Notes: generated by a model from the sequence alone, not told the origin. 64,000 nucleotides of DNA from Planctomycetota bacterium (GCA_020351025.1 CP070728.1:1827510-1891509); one strand, 5' to 3'; positions 1 to 10,412 are shown, numbered from the stretch's first letter. A program made the numbers and translations.

Positions 1-309
1 GAATTGAAAATTCTAATAGAAAGTCCGACCAACAGCAGCTACGAATTACAAGCCGACGGCAAACAAATGCGTTTGCATTTTGCAGTTGACGCCGACGAAC
101 GTTTTTTCCCGGTCTCGCTTGCCTCTATGCTCAGCAAATATTTACGGGAACTTCTGGTTGATAATATAAACCGCTACTTTGTAAGTCATTGTTCCCAGTT
201 AAGACCTACCGCCGGATACTGGAAAGACGGCTTGCGTTTCATCGATGACCTAAAAAAGAATATCCCACACGTCAGCTTTGATAGCAACCGCTTAATCCGC
301 AGCCGGTGA
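1..309 (+). CDS. hypothetical protein, C-terminal fragment (frame open to the left window edge)
   Basis: Frame 1 is open from nt 1 (ELKILIESPT...) to TGA at 307-309. No family motif recognised. Confidence 0.4.
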   Translation, partial: ELKILIESPTNSSYELQADGKQMRLHFAVDADERFFPVSLASMLSKYLRELLVDNINRYFVSHCSQLRPTAGYWKDGLRFIDDLKKNIPHVSFDSNRLIRSR

Positions 310-617
310 AAAACAATGAGGCAAAAAAAGGAGACTTGGGCATCTAACTAATTACAAAATCGTCACCCTGTCTCCTTGCCGCGAGTTACTTTATCTCTTG
401 TCTGGCCAAACCGCCCAACTCGCAACAATTATAATATACAGAAAACTATAAAGTCTGTCAATATGTACTGTGTATAATGGCAACCTTGGCATCTGATTAA
501 GATGACCGCAGTAAAGCACAAAGCATAATATGGTTAAGGTATCATGACAAAGGGGCTGGCATACTATCCAAATAGAGAAATAGGCAAAGAAGCTCTCTGC
601 CACCTATTGTACAGCAA

Positions 618-1400
618 TCAATAAAGCTTTTTTATCCAATCCGGCATGTCATCTTCAGTCGGGGCATCCTCGTAATCGTAGCCTCTATGCCAGGGAAAAG
701 TCCACAGGTCTGGAATCCTTACCTTCCTGATAGAGTAATCCATAAAGAGCATATTTATAAACCCATCATGCCGGTTCAGACAGAAGTGTGCCATATCATC
801 AGCTGTACCCTCAAACCCACCAGGGTAACTCGGAATCAAATCATCAGCTTCTGCCCAGGCCTGGTCCCACCAGGCGTCCCCAAGAAGCGGTATAGAAGAC
901 TGGCCTTTAACATTGGTACTCCTCCAGTATTTTGTGGGATTACCGGCATCCCGAATATCCGAACCGTATGTCTCCCCTGTGTTGAATGTTGGATTACTAA
1001 CCCATGCATTTATCCCATAGCTGCCATAAAAACCGTCAGGAAACCAAGTGGGCCCCCAGGTTCCATAATTACCATATCCCTCCCACGGATTTTTATCAGG
1101 GTCAGTGGCCATCGGGCAACACAACAGAGACCTATCTTTGTAGTATGGCTCCATTACAGCCCACCAATCGTCTCTCCAGTCGCCGGTAACTCGACTCGGC
1201 ATAAAACTGCCATGGTAATCATCCGTATACATTGTAAAGAAAGAACCCCATTGTTTCTCATTCGACATACACATAGCCGCTTTTGTCAGCTTCCTTGCCT
1301 TTGCCAGTGTCGGCATCAGTACAGACATAAGCAGCGCAATAATGGCTATGACAACCAAAAGCTCTATCAACGTAAACCCAGTTAGAAATCTTTTATTCAC
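618..1400 (-). CDS. DUF1559-type protein with prepilin-type N-terminal cleavage/methylation domain (type II secretion pseudopilin-like)
   Basis: N-terminus FTLIELLVVIAIIALLMSVLMPTLAKARK is the classic prepilin methylation motif plus hydrophobic helix. C-terminal H-x9-D motif (RHDGFINMLFMDYS) is typical of planctomycete DUF1559 proteins. Apparent GTG start. Confidence 0.85.
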   Translation of the reverse strand: MNKRFLTGFTLIELLVVIAIIALLMSVLMPTLAKARKLTKAAMCMSNEKQWGSFFTMYTDDYHGSFMPSRVTGDWRDDWWAVMEPYYKDRSLLCCPMATDPDKNPWEGYGNYGTWGPTWFPDGFYGSYGINAWVSNPTFNTGETYGSDIRDAGNPTKYWRSTNVKGQSSIPLLGDAWWDQAWAEADDLIPSYPGGFEGTADDMAHFCLNRHDGFINMLFMDYSIRKVRIPDLWTFPWHRGYDYEDAPTEDDMPDWIKKLY

Positions 1401-1741
1401 CCCTATGGCCCTTGGTCTTTTACGAGGCTTACCCCATTAGAAATATTTATGTATAATAGGCTAAAACCTTTTCGCACGCATATAAGCTTTTTCTGCATGC
1501 TGAAAGAAGTATCTCTTCAAGAATCGCTATTCCCTTATACTTATAACAAATTCTGACTGTTTTTTCAGAATAAAAATCCTCCTCTCAACCTTGATGCGCG
1601 AATAAGGGACTTTAGCATCTATGTAAGAACACCGCAGCTAAGCAAAATAGGTATAACCAAGGTATAAGATACTGCCCCCATAATAATGTCGAAATGCAGA
1701 AACGAGCAAAAAACTACCCGCTACATATTGTCGAGCAATCT

Positions 1742-2506
1742 TTAAAGTAGTTTTTTGAGCCAAAGCGGGTAGTCTTCCTCTAGCGGGGCCTCCTCCGTAT
1801 CGGTCATTCTATTCCAGTTCAGGGGCCACAGGTCCTTAATATGTATCTTCCTAACAGTGTAATCCATAAAGAGCATGTTTATCCATCCATCATGTCGCAG
1901 GACAACGAAATGTGCGAGGTCATCACCTCCAATTCCCTCAAACTCACCAGGATAAGTCGGAATCCAATCGAAGGCTTCCGCCCAAGACTGGTCCCACCAG
2001 CCGTCCCCAAGCAGTGGGATGGTAGATTGATTTTTAACATTAGTACTCCTCCAGTATTTTGCGGGGTCACCATAATCCGCCACTTCTCCTGTTTTGAGTA
2101 CCGGATTACAAACCCATTCATTTATGCAATAGCTTCCATAAAAACCATCAGGGTACCAGTCGGGCCCCCAAGTCCCGTAGTTACCATAACCCTCCCAAGG
2201 ATTTTTATCAGGGTCATCGGCCATGGGGCAGCACAATAGAGCCCTGTTCTTGTAGTACGGCTCCAGTACAGCCCACCAACATTGGGTTGGCCAGTTAACT
2301 GATGAACCCCCCATAAAGGAGCCGTGGTAATCATCCGTATACATTGAAAAGAAAGAGCCCCATTGCCTCAGGTTCGACATACACATAGCTGATTTTGTTA
2401 ACTTCCTTGCTTTTGCCAGCGTGGGCATCAGTATAGACATAAGCAGCGCAATAATGGCTATTACCACCAAAAGTTCTATTAACGTAAACCCTTTTCGCTT
2501 ATACAT
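1742..2506 (-). CDS. DUF1559-type prepilin-like protein, tandem paralog of 618-1400
   Basis: GFTLIELLVVIAIIALLMSILMPTLAKARK and RHDGWINMLFMDYT motifs. Start moved to the ATG at 2506 (MYKRKGFTLIELL) because GAGGAG lies about 10 nt upstream; the longest ORF would start at 2524. Confidence 0.85.
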   Translation of the reverse strand: MYKRKGFTLIELLVVIAIIALLMSILMPTLAKARKLTKSAMCMSNLRQWGSFFSMYTDDYHGSFMGGSSVNWPTQCWWAVLEPYYKNRALLCCPMADDPDKNPWEGYGNYGTWGPDWYPDGFYGSYCINEWVCNPVLKTGEVADYGDPAKYWRSTNVKNQSTIPLLGDGWWDQSWAEAFDWIPTYPGEFEGIGGDDLAHFVVLRHDGWINMLFMDYTVRKIHIKDLWPLNWNRMTDTEEAPLEEDYPLWLKKLL

Positions 2507-2872
2507 AAAACACATACTCCTCATTCTTACAGGATAATCTTTTCATAAATACAATTCTCTTATAACAAAATCCAACTGCTTCTCCAACATAAAAATCTGA
2601 GCGTTTTCTCAAAAAACCCGATTTTATCGGAATTTCGGCTTTAAACCAACATCGTCATGCACAAGCCAAAAAGTAAAGACACAGCCAAACGCTCCTCAGC
2701 CTTTAGCTCAGCAGCAAGTGAATCCTGCCTTTGCTGTTAAAACCCATTCATCCTGTCAAGCTCTCGCCGCTCGATATAAAAGATGCGCAAAAACAGCGAT
2801 GTGTTCCATAAATTTCACATTTTTACACACGGAAAAGGTTAAGGGATTATTGACTTCTACAGCCTAAGTTCT

Positions 2873-3886
2873 TTATTTGCAGACCCTTAGGACGGCGGCA
2901 GCTCGCAGCTTGGAATGCTTCAACCGGATTAGCACTTCGTTGGCTTGGGCCAACGGAAATTCCTCAATGGTAGGAACGATAGGAATTTGGGCTGCTAATG
3001 GCAGGAATTCCTCAGCGTCCCGGCGAGTAACATTAGCGACGCTTTTTATTTCCCTTTCGAACCAAAGATATTTGGCATAATCCAGCACCGGCACGGGTGT
3101 TTCTTTGCGAATCGCATTAATGACTAATCGTCCGCCTTTATCCAGAACAGCCAAGGCATCGCGGACACACTCTCCAACGGGCGTAAAATCCATTGCCTTG
3201 TTCAACTTCTCTGGTGGCTGTTTACCAGAACGACCCGTCCACGCAGCACCAAGACTTTCTGCTAACCTCGCGTGTTCTTCCGTTTTGGTAAAGACAAAAA
3301 CAGGACTGTTGGGAAATTTATACCTGATTATCTGAATTACGATATGGGCTGAAGCTCCGAAGCCAAATAGGCCGATAGTTTGACCATCGGCGACCTCAGC
3401 TAACCTGAGAGTGCGATATCCGATTACGCCGGCGCATAGAAGTGGCGCAGCTTCAGAATCCGAAAACCTCTCCGGAATACGATAAACGAAATCCTCTGGA
3501 ACAACCAGATATTCTGCGTAGCCGCCATCGACGTCCTTACCGGTCCACTTGGCAGCATTACAGAGATTCTCATTGCCCGTTTGGCAAAAATCACATTTGC
3601 CACAAGCCCAATAGAGCCAGGTAATGCCCACCCGGTCGCCCGTTTCGAATTTTGTTGCAGCTTTCCCCCTATCTGCCACCATCCCAACTATCTGGTGACC
3701 GAGAACTATAGGTACCTTCTTTGGTATTAGCCTGCCTTCAACTTCATCAAGGTCTGTATGGCAGGCACCACAAACTAAAGTTCTAACAAGGATTTGATTA
3801 TCCTCAGGGACAGGAACTGGCAAATCAACAGCTTCTAAAGGCTTCGCTTCAACAGGGGAGGTTTGGTTCAAGACCATTGCCTTCAT
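2873..3886 (-). CDS. zinc-dependent alcohol dehydrogenase (MDR superfamily)
   Basis: Catalytic-Zn motif GACHTDLD and GHQIVG, structural-Zn cluster CGKCDFCQTGNENLC, and Rossmann motif GLFGFGASAH. Start placed at MKAMVLNQ (ATG 3886), giving an ATGA overlap with the upstream gene's stop. Confidence 0.9.
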   Translation of the reverse strand: MKAMVLNQTSPVEAKPLEAVDLPVPVPEDNQILVRTLVCGACHTDLDEVEGRLIPKKVPIVLGHQIVGMVADRGKAATKFETGDRVGITWLYWACGKCDFCQTGNENLCNAAKWTGKDVDGGYAEYLVVPEDFVYRIPERFSDSEAAPLLCAGVIGYRTLRLAEVADGQTIGLFGFGASAHIVIQIIRYKFPNSPVFVFTKTEEHARLAESLGAAWTGRSGKQPPEKLNKAMDFTPVGECVRDALAVLDKGGRLVINAIRKETPVPVLDYAKYLWFEREIKSVANVTRRDAEEFLPLAAQIPIVPTIEEFPLAQANEVLIRLKHSKLRAAAVLRVCK

Positions 3887-4413
3887 TTTGAGATTTCCTG
3901 CTTCAGCTGGTTTTCGAATACCTCGTAGCTTTCCCGGCCGAAAAGGCAAAAGACAACTTTATCAAGGCCGGTTTGGACTTTGAGATAATCGATAGTTGTT
4001 CTAAGCATGATTTCGGAACATCTCTGGATGGGAAAGCCAAAAACACCCGTGCTGATTGCGGGCAATGAAATGCTTTTTATACCTTCCTTGTCCGCTAATT
4101 TAAGTGAATTAAGGGTTGCGTTTTTTAACTTTTCGTCTTCATCACCCTCACCCATTTGCGGCCCAACAGCGTGAATAACGTACTTCGCTTTCAAATTACC
4201 AGCGGTTGTTTTAACGGCCCCACCGACAAAAGTTCCGCCTATCTTGTTACACTCTTGCTGTATTTGTGGGCCGCCTTTGCTTCTGATTGCTCCAGCCAAG
4301 CCCCCACCTAAAATCAATCGAGCGTTGGCAGCATTGACGACTGCCTCCGTTGGCATTTCCGTAATATCGCCCTCGACCAACTCCAGAACGCAATCATCGA
4401 TATTTACTCTCAT
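3883..4413 (-). CDS. macro domain protein (ADP-ribose binding / O-acetyl-ADP-ribose deacetylase-like)
   Basis: VEGDITEMPTEAVVNAAN...GGGLAGAI and HAVGP, plus SISLPAISTGVFGFP, are the canonical macro-domain motifs. Confidence 0.85.
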   Translation of the reverse strand: MRVNIDDCVLELVEGDITEMPTEAVVNAANARLILGGGLAGAIRSKGGPQIQQECNKIGGTFVGGAVKTTAGNLKAKYVIHAVGPQMGEGDEDEKLKNATLNSLKLADKEGIKSISLPAISTGVFGFPIQRCSEIMLRTTIDYLKVQTGLDKVVFCLFGRESYEVFENQLKQEISK

Positions 4414-4448
4414 AGCATCAGTCTATACTGATTAAGATAAAAACAAAA

Positions 4449-4522
4449 AGGCGGCGGCCGGATTCGAACCGGCGAATAACGGTTTTGCAAACCGTCGCCT
4501 TAGGCCTCTTGGCTACGCCGCC
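4449..4522 (-). tRNA. tRNA-Cys (GCA)
   Basis: The reverse complement folds as a cloverleaf: acceptor GGCGGCG/CGCCGCC, anticodon arm ACGGT-TTGCAAA-ACCGT (anticodon GCA), T arm GCCGG-TTCGAAT-CCGGC. 74 nt, CCA not encoded. Confidence 0.9.
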
Positions 4523-4893
4523 AAACTCAAAATCTCCACTTATTTTACCTGCAAGCGGACGATTTTGCAATAAAATCTTAACCTTACTTTACACCATTGC
4601 ATAAGACATTATAGGACTTTCCTTGCAATATTTTTGCAGAATGAGCGTCTATACTTTATATAACAAAACTCGAGCTAAAGGTCTAACCTCAGAGCTTTTT
4701 CCAGCATATGTTGTTTAATTTGAGCATTTTATTGAACAGCATCGTATGAAATCTACTATAAATAACTAAATTTGCGGGTGCCTATAGATACCATAGTTGG
4801 TTTTTAGCTTTTTTTTCGGAAGCTTTTCTTGTATAATGGTATAAACACAGATGCTCTATTGTGCAAACGGGGATTATAGTGGAGAAGGGCTTT

Positions 4894-6525
4894 ATGTTGT
4901 GTAATTTTAGGTTAATCACGTTATTGTGTGGTGGGCTGTGCACTGCTATTATTCTTGGCATGACCGGTGCGTGCAGCCCTGAGTATTACAAGGCCGAAGC
5001 AGACGAAGAAGTATACAATATTATCGATAGCAAATGGCAGGGCAGCTTCGGCCGAAAGGCAAATTATACCGTCAGCGACGTACCACCATCACCAAATGAC
5101 ATCCAAATTGAAGAGCCTGTCCCATCATCAAAAGTTTTAAGTCTTGCAAAGGCTGTCGCTATAGCTACTGCACATAACCGGGATTATCAAAAGCAAAAAG
5201 AAGACCTTTATTTAAAGGCACTTGATTTAACACTCGAAAGGCATCAGTTCGCACGACAATGGTTCGGAACCATTGACGCAAAGTACTTAAGACATCCTGT
5301 CCCGGGACGGGACAATGACGAGGAGGAGCTCAAGATTAGCGGTGATAACACTAAGCTCGGCTTTACACAACTATTGGCCGATGGAGCTATAGTTAGCGCC
5401 GGCATCGGATTCGATTGGGCACGCTTTCTTACCGGCGACCCGAGTACCTCACTTGGTTCGGTTCTAAGTGCCAGCATAACACAGCCGTTGCTGCGAGGTG
5501 CCGGCCGAAGAATCGCTCAGGAGAACCTGACACAATCTGAGCGGAATGCTCTCTATGAGATACGCTCCTTCAACCGTTTCCGCCAGGAGTTTGTTGTTTC
5601 TATTGTAAACGACTACTACCGCGTCCTGCAGCAAAGAGACAAAGTAACCAATGCCGAGAATAATTATAAAAGAGTCCTCAAATCAAAAGAACGCCTGGAG
5701 ATGGAGCTAAAAGCCGGAATAAGGACACGCATCGATGTGGATGAGACAGAGCAAAATGTCTTAAGAGCACAAAATAACTACGTCGAAGCTCAGCAGCGTT
5801 ACGAACAGAGTCTTGATGAATTTAAAATAAGGTTGTCCTTACCAACCGACGCTGACATAGAACTGGACCAGAATGAGTTAAATGCGCTAGAGAAGATTGG
5901 GATAAGCGAGCCCAATTATACACCAGATGCAGCAATTGAAACGGCATTACTTCAACGTCTGGACCTGGCCAACACAAGAGACCAGGTCGATGACGCGGTG
6001 CGTAAAGTCATAGTAACGGCAGACGGCCTCGGCGCTGAACTAAACCTTACAGGCGGAATTGATGTAGGCTCAAGAGAGAAAACCGACATTGACAGTTTGC
6101 AATTCCATGATGGAACATATACATTAGGCCTATCGGGAGACCTGCCGCTTGACAGAAAAGAAGAACGCAATATCTATCGCACGGCGATAATAGCATTGGA
6201 GCGGCAACAAAGGGAATATGACAACGAAATGGACAATGTCAAACTAAATGTACGCCAGGCCTATCGCCAACTTATAGAAAAAGCCGAGACTTACAAAATC
6301 CAAAAATTGAGTTTGGACCTAGCTGAAAGGCGGGTTGAGAGTAACGAACTGTTATTGGATGCAGGACGAGTGACGGTGCGAATCTTGCTGGAGTCGGAGG
6401 ACGCTCTCGTAGAAGCCCAAAATAATGTTACGGCCGCCTTAGTTGACCACGCTATTGCAAAGTTGAGTTTTTTCAGAGATGTTGGTATTCTGCAGGTCAT
6501 GCCTGACGGAATGTGGGAACAATAA
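4894..6525 (+). CDS. TolC-family outer membrane efflux protein (probable lipoprotein)
   Basis: Two-repeat coiled alpha/beta organisation typical of OMF proteins (LTQSERNALYEIRSFNRF..., LSLDLAERRVESNELLLDAGR...). The N-terminus ends in a GAC lipobox-like Cys. Start placed at ATG 4894, preceded by GGAGAAGGG; the longest ORF starts at GTG 4861. Confidence 0.8.
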   Translation: MLCNFRLITLLCGGLCTAIILGMTGACSPEYYKAEADEEVYNIIDSKWQGSFGRKANYTVSDVPPSPNDIQIEEPVPSSKVLSLAKAVAIATAHNRDYQKQKEDLYLKALDLTLERHQFARQWFGTIDAKYLRHPVPGRDNDEEELKISGDNTKLGFTQLLADGAIVSAGIGFDWARFLTGDPSTSLGSVLSASITQPLLRGAGRRIAQENLTQSERNALYEIRSFNRFRQEFVVSIVNDYYRVLQQRDKVTNAENNYKRVLKSKERLEMELKAGIRTRIDVDETEQNVLRAQNNYVEAQQRYEQSLDEFKIRLSLPTDADIELDQNELNALEKIGISEPNYTPDAAIETALLQRLDLANTRDQVDDAVRKVIVTADGLGAELNLTGGIDVGSREKTDIDSLQFHDGTYTLGLSGDLPLDRKEERNIYRTAIIALERQQREYDNEMDNVKLNVRQAYRQLIEKAETYKIQKLSLDLAERRVESNELLLDAGRVTVRILLESEDALVEAQNNVTAALVDHAIAKLSFFRDVGILQVMPDGMWEQ

Positions 6526-6531
6526 AGAAAT

Positions 6532-8193
6532 ATGACTAACCAGGATAATACAACGAAAGTAAAAAGCATCAAAAAACAAGATAATCAGCCTGCTGGTAAA
6601 TTGGCGCCTCTAAAATGGCTGCGCCGGGTCTTGATTATCGCAGTTGTTGTTGTGATTGCAGGCGCGGGTGTATTCGTGTTTCTGCGCCGGGCATCTGGTA
6701 GGCTTAGTGAATCAAATAAGGAAGCAACAACATTTACTGTGCGCCGCGATAATCTGCCTATCAACGTAACTGAAAGCGGCGGCATTAAAGCCCTTAATTC
6801 AAAAGACATTAAGTCCGAGGTGGAAGGTCAGACAACTATAACCAGTATTGTTGATGAAGGCACAATTATCACGCCGAATGATGTTAATAACGGCAAAGTG
6901 CTTGTCGAGCTTGATTCCTCGGAAATAGAACAAAAGCTAACGCAACAGGAAATTGCCTTTTTAAACGCAGAGGCCAGCCTCACTGAAGCAAAGGAGTCGC
7001 TTGATATCCAGAAAAAACAAAACGACAGTGACATCAAAGCTGGCCAGATGAAGGTCAGGTTTTCACTGATGGACGTGCATAAATACTTCGGCAAGAATGC
7101 TGCTGAAAAACTTATGTCGGCTTCGGCAAACCCAGGCCACGAGCACAATGAAATCGCGTCACTGATTGAGGACCCCCACCTCGGTGGCGAGGCTCTACAG
7201 AAACTCAGAGAACTGGAAGGGGATATTAAATTAAAAAGACAGGAACTCAAGCTCGCCAACAACAAATTAGAGTGGACGGAGAAGCTTTACCAGAAAGAAT
7301 ATGTGTCGCTCAACCAGAAGGAAGCGGACAGTTTGGAAAAAGAAACGAAAGATATTGCATGGGAAAAGGCCAAAACGGCAAAGGATTTGTTTGTAAAATA
7401 CGAGTTCCCAAAACAGGCTGAGAAACTCCTCAGCGACTACGAAGAGGCCAAGCGAGAGTTGGAACGCGTCGAGGCCAGCGCCCGCTCAAAGTTGGCACAG
7501 GCACAGGCCAAACTCGACAGCAATGAAGCCACACATGCATTGCAGAAAAAGCGACTTGAAAAGCTGCAAAAACAATTCGAGGCTTGTACAATCAGAGCTC
7601 CTGCCACAGGACAGGTAGTATATGCATCAAGTCTAATGGAGGGCTGGTGGAGAAGCCGCAACATGATTGAGGTTGGAGCAGAAATCAGAGAACGTCAAAA
7701 GATTATATTCATCCCCGACCCTTCGGTTATGAAGATAGAGGTTAAAATTCACGAGACGTGGATTGATAAGGTTCAGCCGGGCCAAAAAGCAAATATAACC
7801 ATCGTAGCGTTCCCGGATAAAACTTTCACTGGCGAGGTGCTGAAAAAAGCACCTTTAGCAGACCCTGAAGAATGGCTCAATCCCGACCATAAGGTCTACG
7901 CAACCGACGTGAGGCTTGATGGAGCACACGACTTCATCAAGACCGGTATGACAGCAAAGGTCGAGATAAACATCGACGAACTGCATGATGTTCTCATTGT
8001 GCCGATACAGGCGGTTGTCACATTAGAGGGAAAAAAGGTCTGCTATTGTTTAAGTAATGGTGGCCATGAGAAGCGTGAGGTTGAAACAGGCTCGTTCAAC
8101 GACGACTTCGTTGAGATAAAAAGCGGTTTGGCTGAAGGCCAGAAAGTGTTGCTTAACCCGCCTCGCCCCGGCGAGTCAGAGGCAGCGAGCTAA
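6532..8193 (+). CDS. HlyD/MacA-type periplasmic adaptor (membrane fusion protein) with long coiled-coil hairpin
   Basis: N-terminal TM anchor, long coiled-coil, barrel-sandwich and beta-barrel motifs (CTIRAPATGQVVY, MTAKVEINI, VLIVPIQAV). Sits between the OMF and the ABC genes. Confidence 0.85.
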   Translation: MTNQDNTTKVKSIKKQDNQPAGKLAPLKWLRRVLIIAVVVVIAGAGVFVFLRRASGRLSESNKEATTFTVRRDNLPINVTESGGIKALNSKDIKSEVEGQTTITSIVDEGTIITPNDVNNGKVLVELDSSEIEQKLTQQEIAFLNAEASLTEAKESLDIQKKQNDSDIKAGQMKVRFSLMDVHKYFGKNAAEKLMSASANPGHEHNEIASLIEDPHLGGEALQKLRELEGDIKLKRQELKLANNKLEWTEKLYQKEYVSLNQKEADSLEKETKDIAWEKAKTAKDLFVKYEFPKQAEKLLSDYEEAKRELERVEASARSKLAQAQAKLDSNEATHALQKKRLEKLQKQFEACTIRAPATGQVVYASSLMEGWWRSRNMIEVGAEIRERQKIIFIPDPSVMKIEVKIHETWIDKVQPGQKANITIVAFPDKTFTGEVLKKAPLADPEEWLNPDHKVYATDVRLDGAHDFIKTGMTAKVEINIDELHDVLIVPIQAVVTLEGKKVCYCLSNGGHEKREVETGSFNDDFVEIKSGLAEGQKVLLNPPRPGESEAAS

Positions 8194-8243
8194 AAAGTGT
8201 AAAAAGTAAGCAAACCTACACAAATCATCAAGGTCTGGGTTCA

Positions 8244-8933
8244 ATGGCTGTAGTTGAAATTGAGAAACTATGTAAGATATATACGATAGGTTCGGTTCAA
8301 TTACCTGCCCTGAATAATATTGACTTGAGTATCGAAGAGGGGCGGTACATAGCCATTATGGGGCCCAGCGGGTCGGGAAAATCCACGTTACTCAATATGA
8401 TTGGCTGCCTTGACAGACCTACCAGCGGCCGATACTGTATAGGTGGAGAAGATGTCTCGAAACTTAATGATGATGAGCTATCACTAATCCGCGGCAAACG
8501 TATCGGCTTTATATTCCAATCCTACAATCTCATTGGCCAACTCAACGTCATAGAGAACATAGAGCTTCCAATGTTTTATCAGGGGTTTTCCGAGCGTGAA
8601 AGTGCCGAACGTGCCAAGGAATTAGCCACAATGGTAGGCCTTGGCGACAGACTCAAACATCGGCCTACCGAACTTAGCGGCGGCGAACAGCAAAGAGTGG
8701 CGATTGCCAGGTCGCTCGCAAATGACCCGCTGATTATTCTGGCAGATGAGCCTACCGGCAATCTGGATTCGGAAAGCGGCGCTGAAATTCTGAGTATTCT
8801 CGATGATTTGCATCGGCAGCACAAAACGCTGGTTGTTGTCACCCATGATGAGCACATAAGCAAAAGGGCCGAGAGGACTATACAGCTTCTCGACGGACGA
8901 ATTGACAGGCAAGAGTGTAACCACGAACGGTAG
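8244..8933 (+). CDS. ABC transporter ATP-binding protein (MacB/LolD-type)
   Basis: Walker [10 protein letters not shown], signature [15 protein letters not shown], Walker [10 protein letters not shown]-loop VVVTHD. Confidence 0.95.
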   Translation: MAVVEIEKLCKIYTIGSVQLPALNNIDLSIEEGRYIAIMGPSGSGKSTLLNMIGCLDRPTSGRYCIGGEDVSKLNDDELSLIRGKRIGFIFQSYNLIGQLNVIENIELPMFYQGFSERESAERAKELATMVGLGDRLKHRPTELSGGEQQRVAIARSLANDPLIILADEPTGNLDSESGAEILSILDDLHRQHKTLVVVTHDEHISKRAERTIQLLDGRIDRQECNHER

Positions 8934-8938
8934 TTTAA

Positions 8939-10240
8939 ATGCATTGGATTAACGTTAAAAAGACGGTTAAATTAGGTATCAAAAGTCTTTGGATGCACAG
9001 ACTCCGCTCGACGCTGACGATGCTGGGTGTGGTTTTTGGTGTCTGTTCGGTGATTGCAATGCTTGCGATAGGCGAAGGTGCCAGTCAGGAAGCGCAGGAG
9101 GCCATAGCACGGCTTGGGAGCACGAATCTAATTGTTGAAACGGTTAAGCCGCCCCAGGAGCAGACCGACACCGGTGATACGCAGACCGTGCGAAAGTATG
9201 GCCTGACCTATGCAGATGCCGAATCCATTCGCAACACGATACCCGAGGTCGAAGTAGTTGTCCCCATTCGCGAGATAGACCAGGAAGCGCGATACCTTAA
9301 TCGCAAGGCAGCTATCAAAATCATGGGGACAATTCCGTGGTATACAGAGATTTCTCCGGTTCAACTGACACGTGGCCGGTTTTTAAGCAGCACCGATTTG
9401 CACCATCAGCTGGCAGTTTGCGTTATTGATGACCAGGTGGCCCGCAAGCTTTTCACCTTCGATGACCCTCTTGGACTGGATGTCCGAATTCGTGGCAGCT
9501 ATTATCGAGTGGTAGGAATTGCTTCTAAAACAGCACCTGCAGGAATGTCAGATACTTTCGGGACACAGGCAGCTAAAACCATTGAAAGCACCGGTGGCGT
9601 GGCGGGTAATATTTATATTCCGCTCACGACAGCAAAGAGTCGGTTCAGTGAGTTCGCTTATCAGATAAGCGGCGGCAGTCGCAGCGCAGAAAAAGTGGAA
9701 CTGCAGAAAATTATTGTAAAGGTCAACTCAAACGAACAGGTCCTGTCAACTCAGAAGATTATAGTCGCCTTGCTGAATCGACTTCATAAAAAGCAGGACT
9801 ATAATATAGTGGTTCCGCTGGAACTGCTGCGGCAGGCTGCCCGAACAAGGCGAATATTCAGTATTGTTCTCGGCTCAATTGCTGCAATCTCGCTTCTGGT
9901 CGGTGGCATAGGAATTATGAATATTATGCTGGCCACCGTCAGCGAACGCACACGCGAGATTGGCATCCGCCGGGCCCTCGGTGCCAAAAAGCGCGATATT
10001 ATTATTCAATTCCTCTCGGAGACGCTGCTGCTAACGCTCGTTGGAGGCATGCTGGGGATTATCTTAGGCTCTCTTATACCATTTTTGGTAACCTATTTCG
10101 GCCATATGCCTACAGTGATTACGGGCAGCTCACTCGTGTTAGCCTTTGGCATCAGTGCAGCCGTGGGCATAACCTTTGGCTTATACCCGGCCCATCGAGC
10201 CGCAAATATGGACCCAATTGAATCTCTGCGCCACGAATAA
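8939..10240 (+). CDS. ABC transporter permease, MacB/FtsX family with large periplasmic domain
   Basis: N-terminal TM, about 250-aa periplasmic domain, then the FtsX-type C-terminal 3-TM bundle ([19 protein letters not shown]..., [18 protein letters not shown]). Confidence 0.9.
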   Translation: MHWINVKKTVKLGIKSLWMHRLRSTLTMLGVVFGVCSVIAMLAIGEGASQEAQEAIARLGSTNLIVETVKPPQEQTDTGDTQTVRKYGLTYADAESIRNTIPEVEVVVPIREIDQEARYLNRKAAIKIMGTIPWYTEISPVQLTRGRFLSSTDLHHQLAVCVIDDQVARKLFTFDDPLGLDVRIRGSYYRVVGIASKTAPAGMSDTFGTQAAKTIESTGGVAGNIYIPLTTAKSRFSEFAYQISGGSRSAEKVELQKIIVKVNSNEQVLSTQKIIVALLNRLHKKQDYNIVVPLELLRQAARTRRIFSIVLGSIAAISLLVGGIGIMNIMLATVSERTREIGIRRALGAKKRDIIIQFLSETLLLTLVGGMLGIILGSLIPFLVTYFGHMPTVITGSSLVLAFGISAAVGITFGLYPAHRAANMDPIESLRHE

Positions 10241-10377
10241 TTCAGCTTTCTGCAGCCATTTCAATCCCAACCTATCAGAACCCCTCAGAAAGTGTCGTTT
10301 TAATGCTCTATCTTCTCCAAATCCAGCAGCATAAAATCCAATAGTAAAAATTTTTGGGAAAATTCGAAAAATTATTC

Positions 10378-10406
10378 TTGACAAATCAGAGTAGCTCCTA
10401 TATAGT
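10378..10406 (+). promoter_or_regulatory. near-consensus sigma70-type promoter (TTGACA-17-TATAGT) with A/T-rich UP-like region
   Basis: TTGACA at 10378-10383, 17-nt spacer, TATAGT at 10401-10406. AT-rich tract immediately upstream. Confidence 0.6.
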
Positions 10407-10412
10407 AGTAAT

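Noticed and set aside
391-603. 70-aa minus-strand ORF downstream of the first DUF1559 gene
   Set aside because: GTG start without an RBS, odd Cys/aromatic-rich composition, and no equivalent ORF after the duplicated second copy. Coding potential cannot be excluded, but there is no positive evidence.
687-1385. 232-aa plus-strand ORF, with similar long ORFs at 1841-2239, 12964-13569, 23448-23963, 35222-35725, 36142-36618, 39386-39862, 40709-41209, 42750-43265, 48589-49476 and 54721-55242
   Set aside because: Each lies antisense or out of frame within a gene that has strong family motifs. Their translations are low-complexity or Arg/Ser/Cys/Pro-rich with no recognisable domains. They are typical shadow ORFs.
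4449-4522. Genomic island or integrated element next to tRNA-Cys, and likewise next to the tRNA-CAT/tRNA-Lys pair at 55593-55786
   Set aside because: No integrase, transposase or phage genes, and no direct repeat of the tRNA 3' end, were seen on either side. The flanking genes are ordinary chromosomal functions.
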